64,000 nucleotides of DNA from Nageia nagi (lineage: Eukaryota; Plantae; Pinophyta), in the NCBI GenBank assembly GCA_050084985.1, contig JBITNC010000001.1:126108001-126172000 (forward strand), written 5' to 3'. This document shows positions 42,201 through 55,929 of the stretch, piece by piece. The notes below the pieces were generated by a model. That model searched no databases and was not told the DNA's origin. It saw only the letters and a program-made list of their open reading frames with translations. Both the position numbers and the translations under genes were made by a program. Each line of letters begins with the position of its first letter. The stretch's first letter is position 1.

Positions 42201-43777
42201 TATTACCTTTACACCATCCTTCTATAATGTATAGGTATTCTTGCATCCATCATGAAGAGCCTTCCTATCAAACTACCATGACCTCCCAAGCATTATGTGA
42301 CATGCATCCATTGGAATCACATTACACCATACTTCATCTTGATATGTATTCCCTATTGAGAAACTTATCAAACACCTCTTATCAACAATCATCTCATTTC
42401 CTTTCTTGATCCATGTAACATGGTAGTGCATAGGATGCTTCTCATAAATTAGATTTAGTTTCTAAACCATCACTTTAAAGACCAAATTTTCACAACTACC
42501 TCCATCTATGATCATGTTACATACCCTGGCTCTAGAAGTACACCTTGCATGAAAGATATTTGTGAGTAGCCATGAATCTCCACCTTCATATGCTTACATG
42601 GTAGTCTTCTTTGGTACATTCATGGCTCTCCTTAACATGAGGGTTTCCCCAACATCTACCATAACTTCTACTTCAGTATCCTCCTCTTCTTCAACTAGAG
42701 TGACCCTAGCTAGTCTTCTTTTGTTAGCATCATAATTAGGATACTCTGATGCCTTATGGCCTTAGTTGCTACATCTATAATAGATGAATGGCTTCTTGGG
42801 CTCATTCTTATTCATTCTTCCCTGACTACCTCTACCTCTTGTATATCCTCTTCCCCTTTAGGAGGTACATTGAGCATGCCCAACCTGATCCTCTTGCTTG
42901 TTAGGCATCAAATATTATCATTTGATAAAGTTAGATCCACCATGCCCCTAATTGGATGAGGGTGTTCCTCCCTTCTTACTCCATCTATTAATCCTCTTAA
43001 GTTTCTCCTCAACTTTTAGGGCCATCCGGTATGCATCTTCTATAGTAAGGGTGAGATGAATACTTATCTCATCTTGAATAGGAGAATTAAGGCCATTCAC
43101 ATACCTTGTAGCCCATTATTCCTCTATTTCATTATGGTCCACCAAAATGGATAGCTTATAGAACTCATTGGTGTAGTATTCAATGCTTTATTCCTTCTAT
43201 TGAAGATTTTAAAATCTATAAAACAAGGTTTAGGAGTAGTCTACAGGAATGAATTTAGTCTACAACTTTTCCTTCATCTTTTGCCAAGATCTAATCTTCT
43301 CCTTTCCTTTCCTTTGGTGTTCAGCCTATAGATGATCCCACCAGATTAATGCATGTCTCCTCAACTTTATGCATGCAAGCTTCACTTTTTTTTCTCCACA
43401 AGGTTACTCCATTTAAAATACTTTTCCATGTTATTCACCCAATTGATCAGCTCCTCTAGTTTTAACCCACCAACATTCTTAGGAACCTCAATCTTGATTC
43501 TATCTTGATTCCCCTTTAGCCCTTCTAAGTCTTGAATTATTCTATTCTCAAAAGGCACTTCTGCTCCACTTGGATCTTCTTTTTGGCCTCCATCTCAATC
43601 TAAGACCCTACTTCCTCATTCATGCTTTCTAGATTCGATCCTGAATCTAGCTGCATATAGGAATGTACTCATTCCATATGGTTAATTGCCCTAACTAACT
43701 ATGTTATCTCTACATGCAGATCCTTGATCTGCCTATTCATCTAGGCATAGCACCCCTTGGGCTCTTCTAGGTGGCAT
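39242..43777 (-). pseudogene. CRM-like gag-pol, unit 2 (degenerate)
   Basis: RT motifs YEWMVMPFGLLNAPSSF and [12 protein letters not shown], plus RNase H and integrase remnants. Private ~60-bp deletion near 39410. Confidence 0.9.
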
Positions 43778-43816
43778 CTTCTCCCCAAACAAGATCACAC
43801 TTGCTCTAATACCAAA

Positions 43817-44432
43817 TGGTGCAGATTCATTACAAGAGACCAACAATAGAATCAAGGGGTACTTTTTAGTTTGTTAATTCAATAGATAAAGAATTACCAT
43901 GAATAAATAATTTCACCAAATAATGCAATTTTCATTATTCCCAAATCTACACTACCTCCTCCAAGAGGATTCCATTTCCTTTATACCCAAATTGTACCTC
44001 CAATTCTACCTAATGAAACTTACTAAACATAGTAAGTTTTTATTACACCTAGAAAAATTAGCTAACTATTTTTAGAAAGAATACAAAATAGCTTGGATGA
44101 GTTTTGAACTAGAATCATGCATCCATTATACATTAACTATGTCATTTTTAAAATAACATCATTGAACTAATACTCTTATAAAAAACTATTAAAAACTTAA
44201 CACTTTCAAAAATTTGGGAATAACTTTGCATGTAAAATTTGAGGTCCAAGATGGATTCCTTAGGCCCCGAAAAGTGGTCCAAAAAAACCAAGGCTCTTTA
44301 TGATATCCTTACCATATGTAGAGAATTTGATTCTAGGTGATTTGAAAAAAAATGGACCCTAATAGGTACCCAAATCAAAAGTTACACCCTTAGTAAGGTG
44401 ACCTAAAATTTTAGGTCTAGTTGAGTGCATCA
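43817..44432 (-). repeat. CRM-like LTR C (shared)
   Basis: PBS on one side, PPT on the other, and no TSD. Confidence 0.9.
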
Positions 44433-47400
44433 TTCTCCTCTGGTTGAAGAAAACTCAGCTCCTATGAGTTTAGTTGATGGAATTCCTTTAGCTTCTTAGT
44501 GTTAAGCTTCTTCAACTCCCCTTCTAAAATCTAACTATTTTTTGCTACAAATAATCCTTTCCATTGTACCAAGTACTTGGGATACTGGCCATGTCTAGTG
44601 GTGATCACCTTCTAATCAAGGATCTACATGATGCATTCCTACTTTTTCTTGGGAAGCTATTCCTCCCAATTTACTTGACCTTCTACCTCACCATCATGAA
44701 TTTCCCCATGGAATGCATATAAATTAGAAACATTAAAATATTTGAAATATCCATAACTAATTTAAAATGGTGACTTCCCTATGGATCAATTAACTAAACT
44801 GTTATATGCAAACTCTATCTATGCGAAAGCTTAATCCCATTATCTCAGCTTTGTTCCAACTATACATCATAACAGATTATCCAGGCTATGGTTTACAACC
44901 TCTATTTCTCTATCAACTTATGGGTGATATGCACTACTAAACTATAATCATGTGTCCATTTTCTTCAATAGGATCCTCCAAAAGTGGTTCAAAAATTTGA
45001 TATCTTGATATGAGGTGATAGATTTTGGGACTCCATGCATCCTTACAATTTCGTCAAAGAACAACACTGCAACACTAGTGGCATATTTGATCTTCTTACA
45101 TGTAAAAAAATGGGCCATATTAGAGAACCTATCAACAATAACAAATATGGGATCCTTACCTTGCTAAGTCTGTGGTAGCCCCAAAACAAAATCCATGCTC
45201 AAGTCTACCCAAGGTCTGGTAGGGATCGATAAGGGCATATACAAACTAATATTTTAGGCTTGGCCTTTAGTTGTCTAACATACCTTGCATCATCTCACAA
45301 ACTTGGTCACATCCCTCCTCAAATTTGGCCTAAAATACTTCCCTACAACAAGTGTGAGTGTTTTTTCTACTCTAAAGTGCCTAGGTAGACCCCCACTATG
45401 CAATTGTCACAAGAGATTTTCCCTCATGGAACAAAATGGAATACATAACTATGTACCTCTAAATAAATACCCATCCTTCACAACATATTCTATGAAAATA
45501 GGACCAAATTCACCCAAGGTTGGGTCTTTAAATTATCACACAACATGTGAAAAGTCAAAGTCATCTTCATACCTACCTTTGATACTCTCAAACCCAACTA
45601 CTACATTCTCCATGGTAGTTACCAACAATGTTCTCCTACTCAATGCATCTACAACTTTATTTTGCTACCTTGATTTATGTTTTTAAAAAAACACATATTC
45701 TTGATTGAAGGACATCCACTTTGCATGCCTACTATTCAACTTCTTCTAAGAATTGATATACCTCAATGCTTTATGATAAGTGAAGAGTACAAATTCCTTA
45801 GATAGTAAGTAGTGTTGTGAATATCATAATGCTTGAAAAATAGCATTGAATTCAACATTATAAGTGGAGTAGTTCCTTCTTACCTCATTCAACTTTTCAC
45901 TAAATAATGCAACAAAATGTCCCTCTTTGCTCAACATAGCTCTAATCTCAAGGTCATAACCATCACAATCAACCTCAAATAGTTTTTTGAAATTAGGTAA
46001 TACTAAAATAGGAGCTATTGGTATCTTCTTTTTAAAGAGTTCAAAACTCTCTTATGCTACATTTTTCCATGAGAATTCCTTCCCCTTTGTGAATTCTGTG
46101 ATAGGTGCCATAAGGTTGCTAAAGGTCCTGATGAACTTTCTATAAAATGTCACCAAGCCATGGAAGCTCCTAACCTCAGTTATGCTCCTTGGATTAGGCC
46201 ATTCAATAATTGCCTATACCTTTTCTTCTTCCATATTGAGACCTTCTTTTGAGACCATAAATCCCAAAAACACAAACTTTCCTATAGAAATTTGCATTTC
46301 TTTAGGTTGGCATACAATTTCTCCTTCCTTAACAAATCTAACACTAGCCTCAAATGATACAAATGATCCACCTCACTCTTACTAAAAATTAGGATATCAT
46401 CAAAATAGATGACCACAAACTTACCATTGTATTATTGAAGTACCCTATTCATCAAATGCATAAAGGTACTTGGTACATTTAACAACCCAAATGGAATCAT
46501 CATCCATTAATATAACCCATCTTAGGTCTTGAAAGCTATCTTCCACTCATCAAATTGCCTGATCCTGATTTGGTATTAGCTGCTCTAGAGATAAATTTTA
46601 CTGTAATAGCTAGCACCAACAAAAACATCCATCATATCATCTACTCAAGGTTTTGAAAATTGATACCTAATAATGATCTTATTTGTGGCTCTACTATATA
46701 TACATATCTACTAGGAGCCATCTTTCTTAGGAGTCAAGAGTGCAGGGGTTGCACAAGGACTCATACTCTCTCTAACCAACCATTTCTTCATCAATTCATT
46801 TACTTGTTTACTTAACTCAACATTTAATGTTGGGCTTAGCCAGTTAGCTACCTGATTTAGAAGGGCTAAACCTAGAATAAGATCAATGTGATGTTGAATA
46901 TATGTCTTAAGTGATAGTCCCATTGGTAGCTCTTTAGGTATGACATTTGGATATTCTTCCAATAATTTCAAGGCCACATGTACTATAGGAACCTCTTTTT
47001 CCTCTACTTATTTTATGCTTAAAGCATAGCACCAACTGACCTCTCGTAGTTCTATGATGAAGTCCTTTCTTGTCAAAAAACTTTGATTGGGTACTTCTTC
47101 CTTAATGGGTTAAAGTATTACCGTTACACCATCCTTCCAAAATTTATAGGTATTCTTGCATCTATCATGAAGAGCCTTACTATCAAACTACCACAACCTC
47201 CCAAGCATTATGTGAAATTCATCCATTGGAATCACATCACACCATACTTTATCTTGATATGTATTCTTGATTGAGAGACTTATTAAACACCTCTTGTCAA
47301 TAATCATCTCATTTCTTTTCTTGATCCATTTAAAATGGTAGGGTGTAGGATGCTTCTCACAATTTAGATTCAGTTTCTCAACCATGACTTAAGAGACCAA

Positions 47401-48694
47401 ATTTTCACAACTACCTCCATCTATGATCATGTTACATACCTTCCCTCTAAAGGTACACCTTGTGTAGAAGATATTTGTGCTTAGCCATGAATCTCCACCT
47501 TCATGTGCTTGCATGCTGGCCTTCTCTATGATAATCATGGCTCTCCTTATCATGAGGGTTTTCCCAACATCTACCATAACTTCTATTTCAATCTCCTCCT
47601 CTTCTTCAACTAGAGTGACCCTTGCTTGTTCTCTTTCATCAGCATCATAATTAGATCACTCTGATTCCTTATGGCCTTGCTCATTTCATCTATAATATAT
47701 GAATGGATTCATGGGCTCATTCCTATTCCTTCCTCCCCAACTACCTTGACCTCTTGAATATCCTCTTCCCCTTTGGGATGTACCTCGAGCATGCCCAACC
47801 TGATCCTCTTGCTTGTTAGGGGTTTATGATTCTCCTTTGACAAAGCTAGATCCACCATGCCCTAAATTGGATGAGGGTATTCCTCCCTTCTTACTCCCTC
47901 TATTAATCCTCTTATGTTTCTCCTCAACTATCAGGGCCATTTGGTATGCATCTTCTATAGTAAGGGTGTGATGCATACTTATCTCATCTTAGATAGGAAA
48001 ACTAAGGCTATTCACATACCTCATAGCTCATTTTTCCTCTATTTCATTATGCTCTACCTGAATGTATAGCTTGTATAACTCAATGGTATAGTCTTTAATG
48101 CTTTATTCCATCTATCAAAGATTCTAAAATCTACAAAACAAGGTTTGGTAGTAGTTTGTAGGAATGAATTTAGTTTGCAACATTTTCTTCATCTTTTCCC
48201 AAGATCTAATCTTCTTCTTTCATTTCCTTTTGTGTTTAGCCTATATATGATCCCATCATATTAATGCATGTCCCTTCAACTTTGTGCATATGAGCCTCAC
48301 TTTTTTCCTCCACAAGGCTACTCCAATCAAAATACTTTTCCATGCTATTCACCTAATCAATTAGCTCCTCTAGTTTTAACCCACCAACATACTCAGGAAC
48401 CTCAATCTTGATTCCATATTGATTCCCCTTTAGCCCTTCTAAGGCTTGAATCAATCTATTCTCAAAAGGCACTTCTACTCCCCGTGGAGTTTTTGGTTTG
48501 GCCTCCATCTTAGCCTAAGACCCAACTTCCTCATTCACACTTTCTAGATTCGATCTTGGATCTGGTTGGATGTTGGGATGTACTCATCCCATCTAGTTAA
48601 TCACCCTAACTAACCATGTTATATCTACATGTAGATCCTCAATATTCCTATTCATTTGGGCATAGTGCCCCCCTTGGGCTGTTCTAGGTGGTAT
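44433..48694 (-). pseudogene. CRM-like gag-pol, unit 3 (degenerate)
   Basis: Protease IIDGGSCENLVS and RT start SMSPCATPALLTPKKDGS. Private ~340-bp integrase deletion near 44750. Confidence 0.9.
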
Positions 48695-48733
48695 TTTCTC
48701 CTAAAGTGAGATCACACATGCTCTGATACCAAA

Positions 48734-49339
48734 TGGTGTAGATTCATTACAAGAGACCAATAATGGACTCAAGGGGTAATTTTGAGTTTATTAATTCCAT
48801 AGAAAAAGAATTACCATGAACAAAGAATTTTTCCAAACCATGTAATTTTATTTATTCCCAAATCTACACTACCTCCTCCAAGAAGATTACATTTCCTTTA
48901 TACCCAAATTCTACCTCCAATTCTACCTAATGAAACTTACTAAAAATAGTAAGTTTTTATTACAACTAGAAACATTACCTTACTATTTTTAGAAAGGCTA
49001 CAAAATAGCTTGGATGAGTTCCAAACTAGAATCATGCATCCTTTATACATTAACTGTGCCATTTCTAAAATAATATCACTAAACTAATACTCTTATAAAA
49101 AACTATTAAAAAACTAACACTTTCAAAAGCTAGGAAACAACTTTGCATGCAAAATTTGGGGTCCAATATGGAGTCTTTAGGCCCCAAAAAGTGGTCCAAA
49201 GAATCCATGGCTCTCTAAGATATCCATGCCATGGCATAGAGAATTTGATTCTAGGCAATTTAACCCTAACAGGCACCTAGATCAAAAGTTATGCCCCTAA
49301 CAAGGTGACCTAAGATTTTAGGCCTAGTTGAGTGCATCA
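48734..49339 (-). repeat. CRM-like LTR D (5'-most)
   Basis: Intact PBS TGGTATCAGAGC (48720-48731, minus strand). Outer end abuts the TSD copy AATAA. Confidence 0.9.
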
Positions 49340-50907
49340 AATAAAATAGTTCCAACTTAAAAGTATTTGTACATATTTGGGTAGTATCTTACTCTTAAAA
49401 TTATCCATAAATGCATGCAAACTAATGTTTTCAATGACCAAATCAACATGCTTTCCAATTTTTCCATATTTTAAAGAACACTCAATATTCTTGAGTTTTT
49501 TAACATCCACTAATTGTTGTCCAAATTCATGTTCACTTGTTTCATGCATAAATCCTCCAATGAAAAGTTACCACATCCAATACATTCACCAGAAATACAT
49601 TCCTTCAAATAAAATAATTGATCATTAGGAGTTTCACAAAATAACCTTGCTATAAATTCATTGATATTTTTAGAAGGCATATTAGTAAACCATATTCTTC
49701 CATCAAATCATTAGTATGCAAAGTACAATGAATATATCAAAAAACATCATAATAATATCTAAATTGCATATGAGTCCTACAACAACATGATAGTCTTTGC
49801 TTGTTAATTTTCACATACCAAGGTTTGCATTTTTCAGATGATTTTTGATTAATTTTAAATGGTAATAATGATTCACTTAAAAATTTACCATAAATTTAGT
49901 TTGAATCATATATAATAAGTTTTTAGTATGAATATCATGATTTTTTTATCCTACTTTTATATTCAAAACATATCTAGTATTAGATGAAACCCTAGTATTA
50001 TGATACCAAAAATTTTCAATTATAGATTTATTTTTGTTATTCAATTACATGTCAAAATGTGGGAGTCTTCCAATAAATTTCCAACATTGGTTGAGTGAAT
50101 CTATTTCAATATTTTGTCTTCTCTTTTCATCTCTTTGTAAAGTTTTATAGTTAATGTTTAGAAATCCACTAACCTTACCTATGATTTTTTTACTTGAAGT
50201 TGTTTTACTAACTAAAGTTGTTGTTATAGCTCTACATGCTGCATTCTTATCTTTAGATCAATTCTTCTTTCCTATAGATTCAATGGCAATAGAAACAAAT
50301 GATATAATATGTTTAAGGGGTTCATCCTTCTTCGCACAAATACCTAATTTTTTCACTACCTTTCTCATTTTCACCATTTTCATTAATTGCAATAGGAGTT
50401 AACATTGAAAACCTAATGTTTGCTTAGAGAAAAATTGATCATATACTATATTCGCATATCTCCTTATTTGTCTCCAAGATTTCTTACTAGGGACATTATC
50501 TATTCTATTCTCTCAATTTGAAAAAAAATATTGTCCATAGAATTATTAAAACTATGATTTTTAGTATCATTTACTATTTCATTTTCCTCATCATTAGAAT
50601 AAATATTATCTACATTATCAAAATAAGGATTGAAGCACATATCTAAATTCAATTCGATATTCACATTTTGCATGTCATTCAAAGGAGGTTCTGAATGCAT
50701 GCCTAGATTCATATCCATAGTTATCAAAATTGAAAATTCATTTACTGGTAGATTTGAAGATGTGGTTGGATTTGAAGCTCCATTCGATGTTGGATTTGTA
50801 GAGGTACTTCCATGATTTGAAGCTTCATTCAATATTATATTTGAAGAAGTACTTATAGGATTTGAAGCTTCTATCATATTTGCATATTCCACACTTGCAT
50901 CATCCAT
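49340..50907 (-). pseudogene. Sola2-like transposase, N-terminal part
   Basis: Continues in frame across the CRM junction (VGTI-LSMVDF). Includes Cys-containing segments and low-complexity N-terminal ORF pieces. The upstream limit is approximate. Confidence 0.6.
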
Positions 50908-53900
50908 GTTTGTCTCTTCAAATACATTCTCCTCATTATTCTTTTGCTTAATTGCAAATGAGGTTGATGCTTTAATCTTTGCATATTTGTCCTTTTTTCT
51001 TTTTTCCTCCTTTCTTTATTTGCTTGAATTTCTTTAGGTTTCAAAGTCCTCCTTGCTCTCTTTGTTTTATGATTTTTGAACCCATGTGATTACTCAAGAA
51101 TTTCTTCAAAATCAATGATTGAAAACGCTTTCTTTCACCATCAAATATTCATATTTCACCTTCAAAAATGTTTTAATAGTTACCACTTTTGATAAGAGAT
51201 AAAAAATGGATTCTGAAACCTCCTCGTTAATAATTTTGCACTAGAAAAATGAAAAAAATATCACTATCAAAGCTATTGGTTATATAGGGTACAGACATAA
51301 TGATGCAAAGTTTGGATATACTACTATCCAAAGTACTATTGATAGTAACAAGTACAACTAGAATGAAATTTCATTATTTTGAATGGAAAAACATAACAAA
51401 ATCTAGTTATGAAACAAAATTTCATTATTTGAATTTAGGATCTACCCTAGGCTTGGAAAAGGCTTGGTGGACCAAGTATTAGCCTTGGACCTACACCTTC
51501 TTTTTCATGGTAATGGTAGGGACAAATAAAAACTTCCCACAGATGTTAGATCTAGTGTTTTGAGGAGTTTTTGCACGAAATAAAAACCCATTGCAGGTCA
51601 AAGAGTCCATATTATAAATATGTAATTTTTTAAAAATTTGATTATATTTCTATTTATAAGGTAATTTTCAATGAAAATCATCCTTAAACTCAAAAAATTA
51701 GGTTTTATGACTTTTTAATAATTTTTTTTTTTGGGGAAAAATTAAGAAAAAAAAATGTTAACAATCTAAAAATAATTCTCTATTAAATTATGTTTTAGGT
51801 CAAAATATGGTTGTGCTAGATATCTTTTCCCAAAAGGATTTGGAAAAAAATATTTTGTTTTACGTCAAAATATGCTTGTTGTAGAAGACCATGATATGCT
51901 AATAAAATAATACATTTTACACAATATATTTTATAAGTAACTATCATAAATCACTTTTTATCAACTAGGTATTGCAATAAATTACATATTTGGAAACTAC
52001 ACTCCAAACACTATATTTTTACCTTAATGATAGTTTTCAAGATTCTATCTCTAAGGGCTTCAAAAATTGAGATCAACTATGATGAAACCTAAAAATCAAG
52101 AAAAACAAGTCCACTTTTTAGCCATTTCATGGACCCATCTTCTTGCACTTACCCATACCATATCTCTATTTGTTATTTCATTAGTTCATTTATAGTTACT
52201 ATAACTTTAATATTCAAAACAAAAAATGGATATTCTCATTCATGAATATATTCTCTTTCTTATTATCATCTTAATCATTTTCATCTCCAATATCAATTAT
52301 TTCTTCTTCATTACAATCTTCTTACTCTTCATAATTTTCAATTCTAATTAGTCATTATTATGATGACATTCCTCTTTAACCTTTTGTACCATATGAAATG
52401 ATACATTTGGTACTTAATACAAGTTCTTTATTTATGAGATATTCCCATAGAGATTTTAATGCATCCAATTTTATTTTATCACTAAAATATAACCTTTAAC
52501 TTAAATCAATAGGATCATCAAGCTAATGTAACCTTGAAGCTTATGTCATAGGCTATTCTGTATAAACATTTGATTATTTCAATGCAAAATCATATGTAAT
52601 AATAGTATACGATGCATCAATGCATGAAATAAGAGAATTCTATTAAGGTATATTTTCAAGTAAATGTGGATTTTGATCATAATATTAGCACATATTTGAT
52701 GGTGACTAAATGTTAAAGTCATATTAAAAATTTATTCAGTATTACATTATGAAAGATATGGTATATCAATAGAATTAAATACTTGACATGATCCTATCAA
52801 AGTGAGTTTTGTAATGATTCCATGAAATAAAAATAGTGTTACTATGCAATTTTTTTATCAATTTATCTTTTCAACATTTTTTCTCCCTATTCTATCATAT
52901 CCATATTGAAACATTTTAGGTTATTCCTTTTCTATATTCTTGATTATTTACATGAACAAATTATTCACTAGGTGCATCCCAAATCAATAGGATAATAGTT
53001 ATGTGTTATCTTTTTCAATTGAATATTTCTAAATGGTAATTTTATAGGAGGCCTTAGTCTTCTCCTTCTAAACAAAGTTATTGGTTCAATACTTAGGATT
53101 TATCAAAAGCTTCCATTTCAAAAATGGTTGCAATACTATATAATTTTTATAAAAAATGCTTTATGGTTTTTAGCACAATTAGTGGAGAAAAATTGTAAAA
53201 AATAGGTAGTTTACCAATATGTTAGTAGTAAAACTTTATTTTACTCAATTTATAATATCAATTCTAAATGACTATAAAATAAAAATATATGGAAAAAATA
53301 TGAAAATTAGATCTCAAATTATATATAACAATATGACGTAAAATTAATTAAATTTAAATTCTAAATGTAGAAAGAACTTGTTCCCACTTGTTATAATGAA
53401 ATCTTATGTATATCTAACTTGAAAATACACATGGTGATATTTTATTAAATATTAGATAATCATTTTCTTTTAAGTTTAGTGTATTGAAAAAAAATAATAT
53501 AAGTATCATGCAATATTACATATCCTATTCTATGCAATATAGTCCAAAATTATAGTTGTTCATCAAATTATACTACAAGAAAGAGAAATTAGATGCAAAA
53601 TTAAGAATAGATAACTGGTGGTAAGAATCATCATTCATATTCAATAATGAAAAATATAAAATGTGTAATATGATCTATCAAGGTCTAGGATGAGTATCAC
53701 AACCAAACCTTTTTATTTCATAAATGAGTTTCTCTTTTAACCAATACACCACACATAGCACTCATTAGGCCTTACTCCATAAAAGAAATAAAGGGGTGAG
53801 ATAATGAAGTATATTAGATAAATCAAGTGAATAACTTCTTAAATATAGAAGTAAGGCACACTATTAACACCCAAAAAGGAATTTCAATTTAATTAAAATA

Positions 53901-55929
53901 CACCTTTTATGTATTTGTAATAATTAATTTATTTAAATGATTTAATCCTCTTATCATTGTGCACAATCATCTACATTTATATTTTATGATAACAAGTTGG
54001 ACCTATAGTAAACCTAAGAAGGAGTCTTGGCACTAGACCTACTATCTATAAAGGTGGAAGAGTTGTGCATGAGAAATCAGTACATGAACTAAAATCCTTG
54101 ATAGGTGGTAATATACTTGTGTCATTATTGATCAATATTTGTCAACACCATATATCATAGCTAGATTTTATCATCTTGAAGCTTACATGAATTTTTTAAT
54201 TAATTATTTCATTATATTGATATTCATAACCTAACCTTGGAGTAGGATTCTCGAAGACCATAAAATATTGGGGGTTATTATATGGAAAGAACCCAATGAT
54301 GCCTTTCAGTTCATGATGTATTTGAGGGTCCCACTTTCAAGAGTTATTTTTCATTATCCTATATTAGTAAAATTTAACATTTGATATATGATTACAAGTA
54401 ATAATATTGGTATGTAAGTCATTTAAAATTCAAATTTGATAGGTTAAGGTCAAATTGAGCATCTTTGATCATTATAACCTTACATATTATTGCTATTTCA
54501 TTATCATTTGGCTAAATTGAATATCTTAAATAACCTTAATAAATTCTTATTTTATTTATAATAATTGGTGAACTTGAATTTCATTCAACACATTACATTT
54601 TTATGTTGAGTCTTTTAATGAAAGCCGTAGTTTTTATTTGCTAATTTTTTATTGCTTAAAAATTATTCCATTTGAAGAAGATTTATTTTAGTGAATTTCA
54701 TTTTTTGAAGAAACCACTAAATTTTCAAGTTCATTTTGTTCAATTTGCTAAAATCTAGTATTGCAAAAGTTTTGGCCAAAACTATAGGTTATCATAATTG
54801 ATAACATTTTGAGAGTCATTTGGGGTTGTTCTATGCATTTTCATTGAGATTTCTTGAGGTTTTTCAATTTTTAAATTATAATGGCTTGTATCTATATTCC
54901 TAGTGCTCAAATGCTTGAATTACTTAAAGATAGATATAATATAATATTATATACATTTATAACACAAAACAATGAAACTTCAACAGTAAATAAAAAAATG
55001 AATATATAGAGATATCTCATAATAAAATTAGTTCCTGATTAGACAACACAAGTGCTAAAGTTGATGAAAAATTATTTAACATGCTGAATAAGAAATAATT
55101 TCATCAAATCATTAATCAATTTGAACAAATAATGGAAATATTTAAAAAAGAGAAATTTGGACCATTCGAATTCTTAAAAGAAAATATAGATCAAGAAAAT
55201 AATATAATCATAAGAGGTATGCTTAGATATATGGAAATTAGTGAAAAGAAAAAAAAATGTTGCTAAGAAATGGATTTCAAAAAAGAAATATTAATTTAAA
55301 AATGTATAGTTTATCATGTGTTATCTTGTATTTCATATAGGGTAGGACTAAATTTTGGCATTTTAGTTGTATTATTTGGTACATAATCATCCTTTTCGCA
55401 TTAGTTGTATTTCATGTTATTATGCATTATTGGGTTGTGTGATCTTCCTTTAGCCTTAAGAACTCTAAAGATTTTAAGATCACTAATAGTCCTTTATTAT
55501 TGGAGAACTCCAAATAGGTCAAGACACATAGTTTAGTTTTTATAGATATTGCATAGTCATTGTTTGAAGTTTCTTTCTTGTGTATTTTTGTGAGTTATTA
55601 TAAATTGCTTGTTTTGCATAATATTCAAAAAGTTATTTTCAATTTTTTATCAAAAAGTGATTAGAAGTGTGAAATAATGGAAAATTAGATTTTTATCAAA
55701 AATAAAAGATATATTTTGTAGGAAGACAAGAAAAGTGGCTTGCAAGAGAAAATTATCGCTATGTGGGCATAAGGTGTGGAGAATTGCCACTCCATTTCTG
55801 AGTGATGTTGCTACATTTTAAGTGGTGCTATTGTAAATTATACTGATTGGAATAAATAGATCTCAAAAAATATATAAATTCAAAAAAATAATTGCAATCA
55901 ACATATATTCATTTAAGAAAATAAAATAC

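Larger units (their letters stand above)
33398..49339 (-). mobile_element. Tandem trimer of CRM-like chromovirus retrotransposons with shared LTRs (LTR-int-LTR-int-LTR-int-LTR)
   Basis: Four 606-616-bp LTRs (33398-34003, 38628-39241, 43817-44432, 48734-49339) reading TGATG...CA on the minus strand. Three Met PBS (38614-25, 43803-14, 48720-31) and three PPTs (AGAGGAGAA). One outer TSD, GATAA/AATAA. Confidence 0.93.
20686..52154 (-). mobile_element. Sola2-like DNA transposon (about 10.6 kb after removing two nested LTR insertions)
   Basis: 24-bp TIRs GGTTAAGTGCAAGAAGATGGGTCT (20686-20709) and GGACCCATCTTCTTGCACTTACCC (52131-52154), 22/24 match. Flanks ATAT and ATAC fit a 4-bp TSD with one transition. 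Encloses a split HGKG-type transposase. Pairing of the left TIR is inferred. Confidence 0.55.

Noticed and set aside
35804-47274. Plus-strand ORFs within the CRM array (35804, 36427, 41655, 42227, 45285, 46182, 47083 and others)
   Set aside because: They are antisense shadows of the degenerate pol, not kept as intact ORFs across the three units, and have no recognisable domains.
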